From Thermodesulfobacteriota bacterium (lineage in GTDB: Bacteria > Desulfobacterota > WTBG01 > JAGOGO01), in the NCBI GenBank assembly GCA_026625185.1, contig CP113000.1:2832651-2864650 (forward strand): DNA of 32,000 bases. Reading direction: 5' to 3'. The position numbers were made by a program, and so were the translations under genes. Positions 1 to 7,095 of this stretch are shown here, one piece after another (the first letter of the stretch is position 1; each line of letters begins with the position of its first letter). The notes below the pieces were generated by a model that searched no databases, was not told where the DNA came from, and saw only the letters and a program-made list of their open reading frames with translations.

Positions 1-185
1 CTTGAAAGCCGCCTTCCGATTGTCATTCGCCTGGGCGCCGGAATACCCGACCAGAATCCCCAACGCAGGGAGGGTGCAGCAAGCGCTCATGGCCGCGCTC
101 ACAGCGCCAAGGAGCAAGGCGAATACAAGGCCCAGGGGTTGTGCGAGGCAACCTGTTGCAGGGAGTTGGTTATTGATTCAAGCAT
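1..185 (-). CDS. DsbD/CcdA-type membrane thiol-disulfide transporter, N-terminal part (runs off the left edge), with an apparent 1-nt frame break
   Basis: ATG at 185-183 follows AAGGGG. It reads MLESITNSLQQVASHNP. After a frame change at the G4 run 137-140 (+ strand) it reads GLVFALLLGAVSAAMSACCTLPALGILVGYSG, like the N-terminus of the CcdA at 3582-4280. Confidence 0.45.
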
Positions 186-200
186 GAAACACCCCTTTTC

Positions 201-1319
201 TCAATTGCATCCGGATGATGGCGCGCAACTCGATGGTCCGCAGCCCCCGGCTCGTGATGTTGCCGTAAATGCCTGCAACAATTTCGATTCCGTAACGTCC
301 CCGGTGACTGCCGCCATGCCTTTACCCTTGCTTGCGACGAGAATGGCAGGGGCCTGAACTTGAGTAGAGATCTTGGAGTAATCGGGGGAACTGACCGGCA
401 AGGTATATATTCCAAGGTTGATCTTGTTGGTTTTTAAAGTTTTTTGTGCCGACAGAACGGCGTCTTTTGTCTGGTCCTTAACCGCCTCATCCTTTTCACG
501 GGGAATGAAAATAAAAACAGCGTCTTGACTCAAAGCTACCTTGTTAAGGTCGCTGAGAGACTCCAGGTATTCCCCAATTTTGGGCACTGCCTTGGAATTT
601 TTAAGCTCTACTTTCTCTATTTTTTTCTCCTTTTTATTCTCAATGGGCTTTTGATCGACAACTTTAGAGGTTTCTGTAATTTCATTTTTGACAGGCATCT
701 CTGCTTTGTCGCCATTTAAAGGCTGGGTGGCGCTATCGGTCACTGGTTCAGGGGCCTTGGGTGCGACAGTAAAGCCGGATGTTTTTGCTGCGGCCAAATC
801 GTTAGATGATTTCCCTTTTGTGACCGATGTCTTGAAGATTAGGATGCCGATGACTACCAATAACACGATAAGGCTGACTGCAACCTTGATTCCCTTGGCT
901 TTCGGGGGGGCGTTGCAAGCGCACCCGGGTCCGCAGGAATTCATGCCGCTCTGTGGTTCGAGTGGAGATGGGGGGCTGTTAATGGGCGAATGCTCTGCGG
1001 TCACCACCTTGTCAATTCCTATAAATTGCAGAAGTTCACCCCTTAAGGGATAGCTCCCTCTGCTTACAATTACCCCATCCACCAAAATTAGGGGAAGACA
1101 TTTGTTGCCTTCTCGATTCAGAGCTTCCGCCACACGTTCCTCCCGGGCAAACTCGGCGGTATGTGAAGAGAGGTTGAATCGCTCTACCACCACGCCCTTT
1201 TTCCGCAACCAGTCCAGGTCACTGGAAAACCTCACCAAATCGGGATCAACTTTTGGTCCGCACACCACACTCGAACAGCACATCGGCGGGTCGTACACTT
1301 GCAGTTTGGTTTGTTGCAT
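201..1319 (-). CDS. arsD: ArsD metallochaperone domain fused to a transmembrane helix and a C-terminal domain of unknown function
   Basis: The N-terminal ~105 aa (VYDPPMCCSSVVCGPKVDPDLVRFSSDLDWLRKKGVVVERFNL...LPLILVDGVIV) match the ArsD Cys12-Cys13-Cys18 pattern. Then come CGPGCAC, a TM helix (IKVAVSLIVLLVVIGILIF), a K/E-rich linker, a ~130 aa domain and the tail GGCGPSSCAPSSGCN. SD AAAGGAG lies before the ATG at 1319. Confidence 0.75.
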   Translation of the reverse strand: MQQTKLQVYDPPMCCSSVVCGPKVDPDLVRFSSDLDWLRKKGVVVERFNLSSHTAEFAREERVAEALNREGNKCLPLILVDGVIVSRGSYPLRGELLQFIGIDKVVTAEHSPINSPPSPLEPQSGMNSCGPGCACNAPPKAKGIKVAVSLIVLLVVIGILIFKTSVTKGKSSNDLAAAKTSGFTVAPKAPEPVTDSATQPLNGDKAEMPVKNEITETSKVVDQKPIENKKEKKIEKVELKNSKAVPKIGEYLESLSDLNKVALSQDAVFIFIPREKDEAVKDQTKDAVLSAQKTLKTNKINLGIYTLPVSSPDYSKISTQVQAPAILVASKGKGMAAVTGDVTESKLLQAFTATSRAGGCGPSSCAPSSGCN

Positions 1320-1340
1320 CACTTTCTCCTTTAAATTAGA

Positions 1341-1601
1341 TTAACCACAGCATTTGGAATTGCTGTCAGAACAGCAGGCGCCACTGTTTGATTGGGGCTG
1401 ATTGAGAACCAAGCCAACATGCTTCCTCATAGCAGTTAAGGTGCCTTTTTCAACCATATAGCCGACTTCAATTGCCACTTTTATTTCGTTTTCGTCAACC
1501 TTAAGTTCCCGCGCCTTGCCCAGGTGAACCGTCAGGCAGGGCTGACAATGAGTTCCAACCGAGACACCAATGGCGATCAACTCCTTTATGCGCTCGTCGA
1601 T
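1341..1601 (-). CDS. AhpD-like / carboxymuconolactone decarboxylase (CMD) family protein, CxxC form, with a Cys-rich tail
   Basis: (I/M)DERIKELIAIGVSVGTHCQPCLTVHLGKARELKVDENEIKVAIEVG is the CMD core motif. The track starts at TTG 1580, inside the conserved helix. SD GAAAGGAG lies 7 nt before an in-frame ATC at 1601, so the start is uncertain. Tail is GACCSDSNSKCCG. Confidence 0.7.
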   Translation of the reverse strand: MDERIKELIAIGVSVGTHCQPCLTVHLGKARELKVDENEIKVAIEVGYMVEKGTLTAMRKHVGLVLNQPQSNSGACCSDSNSKCCG

Positions 1602-1647
1602 TAAATTGCTCCTTTCATTTTCTTGTTCGTAAGTCGATGATGATCGT

Positions 1648-1875
1648 TCATCCGCAACTACATCCGGGCCCGCAACCTCCCGACTCGCCTCCCGACTTAT
1701 TTCCCCTGCTCACCTTTGAACTGAGAATGCCGAATCCGCCCAGGACGACGCGCCGAATCGGCTCACCCGTGTCGGGATGTGTTGTCAACGCCTCGTCCTT
1801 CATGCTTTGCTGAATCTCATAGATCTTCGGCTTCTCTCCGGGATTTCCCGGAATCGTTTCGTAAACGTAAATCAT
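1648..1875 (-). CDS. FmdB-family-like small protein lacking the zinc-ribbon cysteines, with a Cys-rich tail
   Basis: MIYVYETIPGNPGEKPKIYEIQQSMKDEALTTHPDTGEPIRRVV parallels the FmdB pattern (MPIYEY.C..CG..FE..QSM.D..L..CP.CG), but both CxxC pairs are replaced. SD AAGGAGAA lies 7 nt before the ATG at 1875. Tail is GGCGPGCSCG. Confidence 0.55.
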   Translation of the reverse strand: MIYVYETIPGNPGEKPKIYEIQQSMKDEALTTHPDTGEPIRRVVLGGFGILSSKVSRGNKSGGESGGCGPGCSCG

Positions 1876-1933
1876 GGTGCCATTCTCCTTTTTTTGGCGT
1901 ATCTTCGTTCGTTTAGTACGTAAAAGCGGTCTG

Positions 1934-3205
1934 TCAAGGAGGCTGGGGAATTCCAGCACCGCGTCTGGTCGAACAGAATCGGCTAAGGCAATCGGATTTC
2001 ATGCAGAACGCATTCAACAAACCGCCGTCGATCTCGTTGCCGAAAAGCGCGCATTTTGCGGCGACAATGCTTTCGGGCAGATAGCGGCCGTACATCTTTA
2101 CCGGTAACTCAGGCACTGCCACAACCGGCGCCGCGGCCAGCGTGAGCAGGTATTCAATCAAGTAGCCGGCGTTTTGGGCGATGGGGCCGCTGTAAGCCTG
2201 CTGCTGCCGGAGACGCAAAACACGTAGTTCGTGCATCGAGCGTCCGAATTCTGATTCCATGAGGTCATCATACGTGGTTAAAATGATCTCCAGCCGCACT
2301 GATCGGGCGCCCTGTGTTAGATAAGCGGCAAAACCCTTTTGGGTTTGGCCGGCGTCAAGGCCCCGACGGACGGCGATGGACGCATCAAATTTCCCTTGGA
2401 GGGCTGCCAATTCGTCCGGTGGGGGCAACTCGACATCGACCAGCACGTTTGAGGCATTGTAAACGCCAGTGTACTCCTCGGTCTCCACGAGGGTGAGGCC
2501 GGGCACTTCCTGCAGCAGCCTTGGCACCCGTCCGAGCACGTCCGGATCGCCGATTATTTTGAAGCCAACCAAATCGTTGACGGTCAGTGCCTCTCGATCA
2601 ATCCGCACGTTTTTGTTGCGAAAACGACGCGCCACCACCTCTTCGGCCTCAACAAAATCCTTCCGCATTTCCTGATCGGAGCTGATGAGCGCGGCAAGCG
2701 GCACACCGGTCGCCACAGCCCTTTGCTCGGCGATAGATTGCGCCTCGGCCTTGATTTCTCGGAAAAGGGCGTCCGCCAGGCGGAATGAAACTTTTTCCGC
2801 CACCCGGGACAGCCGCTTGATCCGTCCGATTGCCGCCAAACGCGGACCGCAACCAGTGATCATCACCGCGTCAATGGGAAGGCGGGGGAAGAAATACTCC
2901 GGGTTTTCCCGAAAAATGTTCGTCAACTGCCGGGACCGAAGGCTCTGGCGTGGCAGGTATTGGATGATACGCTCGCGCAAAAGGCGTTTTTCGGGAATTC
3001 TTTCCACATGAAGCGGCCGCGTGAAGATATTGCCTAAGAACTCGATCATTCGGTCGACGACGGCCGCCGAAATGGCACTTTCGTAGAAAAATATGCGGGT
3101 GACGACGCTTCCGTCTTCAACGTTGAAATCGTCGTTAAGCCAGCGAAGTGTCAAATCAAAAAGTTCGTCCCGATGAGTCAGGGCGGTGATATACATTTCA
3201 TTCAT
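1934..3205 (-). CDS. Divergent RelA/SpoT-domain-like nucleotidyltransferase with an N-terminal domain of unknown function
   Basis: The motifs NDLVGFKIIGD, EEYTGVYNASNVLVDV and VRLEIILTTYDDLMESEFGRSMHELRVL sit where the RelA_SpoT motifs DLxGxRII, YRSLH and EIQIRTxxMxxWAxxxHxxxYK would. Start is M at 3205 or 3196. Confidence 0.45.
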   Translation of the reverse strand: MNEMYITALTHRDELFDLTLRWLNDDFNVEDGSVVTRIFFYESAISAAVVDRMIEFLGNIFTRPLHVERIPEKRLLRERIIQYLPRQSLRSRQLTNIFRENPEYFFPRLPIDAVMITGCGPRLAAIGRIKRLSRVAEKVSFRLADALFREIKAEAQSIAEQRAVATGVPLAALISSDQEMRKDFVEAEEVVARRFRNKNVRIDREALTVNDLVGFKIIGDPDVLGRVPRLLQEVPGLTLVETEEYTGVYNASNVLVDVELPPPDELAALQGKFDASIAVRRGLDAGQTQKGFAAYLTQGARSVRLEIILTTYDDLMESEFGRSMHELRVLRLRQQQAYSGPIAQNAGYLIEYLLTLAAAPVVAVPELPVKMYGRYLPESIVAAKCALFGNEIDGGLLNAFCMKSDCLSRFCSTRRGAGIPQPP

Positions 3206-3244
3206 CCCCTTTGGTTTCCTGTCAGGGCACAATGGCCAAGTTTC

Positions 3245-3484
3245 TCATCTTTCGCTTTTTCGCCGCCTTGAGAATTCGCCTGACTCGACCTTCTCGTGGT
3301 CGATCCACTTGACATAAAAACCCGTGGCGGCCTCGGTGCGGTTGGTCGTGCCTACCACCGCATAGTTTCTCTGCTCGGCTTCGAGGTAGAGGCAGACCAT
3401 CCGCAAGCCAACGCTTTCTAAACCTTCCAAATTTTGATTCAAGGTGATAATCCCTACTAATTGTTTATCGATTTTGATCTGCAT
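3245..3484 (-). CDS. Hypothetical small protein (79 aa), first gene of the GC-rich three-gene insert
   Basis: Intact ORF co-directional with and 12 nt upstream of the RelA/SpoT-like gene. I recognise no family. Confidence 0.4.
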   Translation of the reverse strand: MQIKIDKQLVGIITLNQNLEGLESVGLRMVCLYLEAEQRNYAVVGTTNRTEAATGFYVKWIDHEKVESGEFSRRRKSER

Positions 3485-3581
3485 TACCTCTTCTTACCTC
3501 ATTTTAAATGTCGGTGATTAAGTCCTCATTATTCGTCTAGGCCGAAAAAAAATTCGTCAGTCTTGTCCGCAAGGATTCATA

Positions 3582-4280
3582 TCACGGCGCGATATAAATA
3601 ATCCAAACGCCCCCCAAAATAACCAACATACCGCAGACTTTCTTAAGAATTACCGCACCGTTGGATTTTTCGTTCCAGTTTAGATACTGCTGTACGACTC
3701 CGGTAAACGTACCCGCAAAAATAATGACAGCACAATGGCCCACGCCATAAAGGCTGATAAGCACTACCCCGTAAGTCAGATTATTCGCGCCTATCTTGAA
3801 GGCAATCCCCAGCATCGGCCCCATATACGCGAAGGTGCAGGGTCCGAGAGCAACACCAAACACCAAGCCAATGATAAACGCGGCAACCAAGCCCTTACGC
3901 TTTAGACCAACGTTACCAGGCCCTGACCAGGGAAGAGGGAGCACGTCGAGAAGATGCAGTCCGACAAGAAAAAAAATAGAGGCTACAATGTAGTTGCCAT
4001 AGGCCCCAATGTCTCCTGCCATGCGCCCGAGGGCAGCAGTTGCCAGGCCAACGGCGGCAATCGTAGTCAGGATGCCGATAGCGAACAGCGAGCTGATACA
4101 AAAGGCGCGCCTGGTGGATGTACGCCCCTGTTCGTCAATAAAACCGACGATCAATGGAATACTGGCAAGGTGACACGGACTAAGGATGATACTGAGAATG
4201 CCCCACACAAAAGCTGCAGCCACGGCGACGAGAAAAGAACCCTCGACAGAGCGGGTCAATACTATAAAAAGTTCTTGCAT
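3582..4280 (-). CDS. ccdA: Cytochrome c biogenesis / thiol-disulfide transporter CcdA (DsbD family)
   Basis: Multi-TM protein with ILSPCHLASIPLIVGFI and a second conserved Cys (ALGPCTFAYMGPML), typical of the CcdA/DsbD core. Confidence 0.8.
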   Translation of the reverse strand: MQELFIVLTRSVEGSFLVAVAAAFVWGILSIILSPCHLASIPLIVGFIDEQGRTSTRRAFCISSLFAIGILTTIAAVGLATAALGRMAGDIGAYGNYIVASIFFLVGLHLLDVLPLPWSGPGNVGLKRKGLVAAFIIGLVFGVALGPCTFAYMGPMLGIAFKIGANNLTYGVVLISLYGVGHCAVIIFAGTFTGVVQQYLNWNEKSNGAVILKKVCGMLVILGGVWIIYIAP

Positions 4281-4337
4281 GCCGCTTAACTCCTTCGCCT
4301 GATTCTCAGCTTATTGCCTTGCCCCACAACCACGAAT

Positions 4338-4670
4338 TTATTTTTCCTTTCTTGCCTCGAGATTGACGCCAAATTCCTTCCACTTCACAATGATCTGTTC
4401 TTTGGAATAAAATCCCTGGTGACGGAAAAGCTCCTTTCCCTCCGCATTGAAAAATATCTGCGTAGGGATAACCCGAACATTATATCGACTTATCGCTTCT
4501 TTGTTTTCAAAGATGTGGATGAAGACCACATCAAATCGTCCTCGGTATTCCTCTCGAAGCTCATCCAGGATGGGCGCCATCATTTTGCATGGTATGCAAT
4601 TTGTTGCGCCCAGATCAAGAAGGAGCGGAACCGGTTTCTTAACTTGAGCATTTGTTTCGACTCCGGCCAA
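4338..4670 (-). CDS. Thioredoxin-family protein (CIPC active site). A possible N-terminal membrane anchor is encoded out of frame at 4856-4749.
   Basis: LLLDLGATNCIPCKMMAPILDEL...VIPTQIFF is a thioredoxin fold. The track start is TTG with no SD. See the finding on the upstream anchor mini-ORF. Confidence 0.75.
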   Translation of the reverse strand: MAGVETNAQVKKPVPLLLDLGATNCIPCKMMAPILDELREEYRGRFDVVFIHIFENKEAISRYNVRVIPTQIFFNAEGKELFRHQGFYSKEQIIVKWKEFGVNLEARKEK

Positions 4671-5039
4671 ACGATCTTTCGTGCGGTAAGATGATACTTC
4701 TCCGGGTTGCTCAATCTTAGGACCCCTCTCTCTCAGAGTTATCGGATCCCATTTTTGTGTACCTGTTTTATAAAAATAACAATTCCGACAAGAAGAAACA
4801 ACCCGATGACGATGACAATCTTGAGGGCGTTACCCGTCTTGAACATAACCATCCTTCATTACTGTTGGTTTCAACCTAAAATGCCTATGTTCACCTTCAA
4901 CACTGGAGGTTCAAAGATGTGGAGATAACGATGTTATGGGACTACTTCACAAATTTATACTTCGCCAAATAAACGGTGTAACAAGTCTGATCATGGTGCA
5001 ACAAGTTCATCATGACCGTTAACAATTAAGGAGTTAGCC

Positions 5040-5101
5040 GTCACCCTGAGCGTGTCGAAAAGTGAATGGCTAATTACAACACAGTCTAAAAGGCGAGGTT
5101 C
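5040..5101 (+). repeat. Dispersed repeat copy 1 (CCTGAGC-N3-TCGAA-RRG-TGAATG-R-CTAATTAC-R-ACACA...GGCGAGG)
   Basis: Aligns to the reverse complement of 15923-15980. I counted 33 of 39 identical in the core by hand, and similarity continues through tct...ggcgagg.tc. Confidence 0.7.
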
Positions 5102-5121
5102 CTCACTGTGTTCCCGATAGG
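5087..5121 (-). terminator. Possible hairpin immediately after the acr3 stop
   Basis: An 8-bp inverted repeat aacacagt / actgtgtt with a 19-nt loop starts 5 nt after the acr3 stop. There is no clear U-run, so this is weak. Confidence 0.25.
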
Positions 5122-5125
5122 AAGG

Positions 5126-6184
5126 CTAAGCAACCTTCCCTCCCCAGTATTTTGCTCGATATTTTAGAGCTACATTTACCAGACTTATCAGGATCGGGAC
5201 TTCCAGCAATGGACCGATAACGGTTGCAAACGCCTGGTTCGAGGAAATCCCAAAAATCGCTACTGCCACTGCGATAGCTAATTCAAAGTCATTGCTCGCC
5301 GCAGTAAATGACACCGCGGTAGTTTGCCCGTAGGTTGCTCCCATTTTCTTTGCGATAAAGAAGGTAACAAACCACATAAGAACGAAGTAAATGGCAAGCG
5401 GTATGGCCACCCTAACCACATCCAATGGTAATTGGATAATATATTCACCTTTCAGAGAAAACATGACAATGATGGTAAATAAAAGCGCCACCAGGGTAAT
5501 CGGACTAATCTTCGGAGCAAACACTTTCTCAAACCACTCTCTTCCTTTCGTTTTCAGTATTGAAAACCGAGTAACAATTCCTGCAAGGAAAGGAATCCCC
5601 AGATAGATGAAAACGGTTTTCGCTGATTCCAACATAGAGATTTTGACGTTCAATCCTTTAGCAAGCCCAAGCCAATTAAGTAAAAAGGTGATAAAAAACC
5701 AAATATAGACAGCGTAAAGCAATACCTGAAAAATAGCATTAAAACCAACCAACCCAACAGCCAGTTCTCGGTCGCCCTCGGCAAGTTCATTCCAAACAAT
5801 GACCATAGCTATACAACGTGCAAGCCCGACTAAAATCACCCCGATCATGTATTCAGGATAATTATGGAGGAATATGATCGCCAGGACAAACATGACCACC
5901 GGTCCGATTATCCAGTTTTGCAGGAGGGATAAAACCAGAAGTTTCTTGTTGCGAAACACACTTCCCATCTCCTCATATTTTACTTTGGCGAGGGGAGGAT
6001 ACATCATCAGTATAAGGCCAATTGCAATAGGAATCGAGGTGGTACCAATCTGAAGGCCAGCAATAAATTGAGTTATAGCTGGGGCAAAATACCCTATTCC
6101 TATTCCAATCCCTATTCCGATAAATATCCATAACGTTAAAAATCTATCTAACACGGAAAGTTTTTTTGCTTTTACCTCTGTCAT
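5126..6184 (-). CDS. acr3: Arsenite efflux transporter, ACR3 family
   Basis: [13 protein letters not shown]...[40 protein letters not shown] and about 10 TM segments. SD GGGAGGA lies 7 nt before the ATG at 6184. Confidence 0.9.
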   Translation of the reverse strand: MTEVKAKKLSVLDRFLTLWIFIGIGIGIGIGYFAPAITQFIAGLQIGTTSIPIAIGLILMMYPPLAKVKYEEMGSVFRNKKLLVLSLLQNWIIGPVVMFVLAIIFLHNYPEYMIGVILVGLARCIAMVIVWNELAEGDRELAVGLVGFNAIFQVLLYAVYIWFFITFLLNWLGLAKGLNVKISMLESAKTVFIYLGIPFLAGIVTRFSILKTKGREWFEKVFAPKISPITLVALLFTIIVMFSLKGEYIIQLPLDVVRVAIPLAIYFVLMWFVTFFIAKKMGATYGQTTAVSFTAASNDFELAIAVAVAIFGISSNQAFATVIGPLLEVPILISLVNVALKYRAKYWGGKVA

Positions 6185-6252
6185 TTTTATTTCCTCCCTC
6201 AATAATTTCTAAAAGTAATTAAGTATAATAACCTCAATAAGTTAGCTTCATT

Positions 6253-7095
6253 TTACGAATTTATTGGATCTCTTAGCACTCCGAATTTTAAGGGAAAAAT
6301 TTCACCCCGGTATTTAATTTGGGGGACATTCTGATTGGATATCTCGGAAGCCCTCAACCATTCCTCCGTACCCAATTCACCTGATTTAAATACTATTCCC
6401 AGCGATTGCTCCATCCCTTTTCTAATAGCCGTTTCAATCTCACCGGGGCTAAGGTGACAGCCTAAAATTTCTTCTATTGAGGTTAAACGTGAAGTTAGCA
6501 TAACTCTCAAATTTTCCGGTGAAGCACCATTTGCCCCCCAAAGTTTGACCAGAGTTTCAACCTGAGATTCTAAAATAATAGATCCATGTTGCAACAAAGA
6601 GGTAGCATGCCAATACTGAGCGCTCCCGACAAATTTGTGATTATCGTGCACAATATCACCAACTCCACCGGATAAAAAACAAATATCCTTTTGGATTGTC
6701 TTTTCCTTCCCCTGCCGTAACTCCCCCTGGATTCCCAGTAATCGAAAGCCCATGAGTAGTCCTTCACAAATCAATTGATAGGCTGCGGCGGCCTCTTCAG
6801 GTATTCCATCCTGCTTGCCTGCGATAACCGAATACGTAAGATCCCCCTGGTGCAACACTGCCCGCCCTCCGCTCGGCCGTTGAACAACATCAATACCCAT
6901 TTTCCGGCAAACGCTTCTATCTATTTTGGGATCTCGTTGGAAATAACCAAGGGAAACCGCCGCTGGATGCCACTTATAAAACCGCAAGGTGGGAGGAGAT
7001 TTTTCCTCCGCATGCATAGTCAAAAGGGCTTGATCAATGGCCATGTTAAGGGCACCGGCCAAGTGACCATTATTCAGTAATCGCCAGCTTTTCAT
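6253..7095 (-). CDS. Lipoate-protein ligase / octanoyltransferase family protein (LplA/LipM-like)
   Basis: ALNMAIDQALL...LRFYKWHPAAVSLGYFQ...QRPSGGRAVLH...KFVGSAQ are BPL_LplA_LipB catalytic-domain motifs. It overlaps the lipA stop by 4 nt. Confidence 0.8.
   Translation of the reverse strand: MKSWRLLNNGHLAGALNMAIDQALLTMHAEEKSPPTLRFYKWHPAAVSLGYFQRDPKIDRSVCRKMGIDVVQRPSGGRAVLHQGDLTYSVIAGKQDGIPEEAAAAYQLICEGLLMGFRLLGIQGELRQGKEKTIQKDICFLSGGVGDIVHDNHKFVGSAQYWHATSLLQHGSIILESQVETLVKLWGANGASPENLRVMLTSRLTSIEEILGCHLSPGEIETAIRKGMEQSLGIVFKSGELGTEEWLRASEISNQNVPQIKYRGEIFPLKFGVLRDPINS

Noticed and set aside
2-187. Plus-strand 61-aa ORF at the left edge.
   Set aside because: It is a shadow of the minus-strand CcdA-like gene, whose translation (..SAAMSACCTLPALGILVGY..) is clearly membrane-protein-like.
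688-1053. Plus-strand ORFs lying antisense to long minus-strand genes. Examples are 139..357, 444..719, 688..1053, 2685..3011, 3954..4289, 8397..8711, 8934..9311, 9791..10339, 19206..19691 and 26746..27084.
   Set aside because: They have no SD or start context. Their compositions are low-complexity or Arg/Ser/Pro-rich, typical of shadow frames. Each overlaps a gene with clear family motifs on the other strand.
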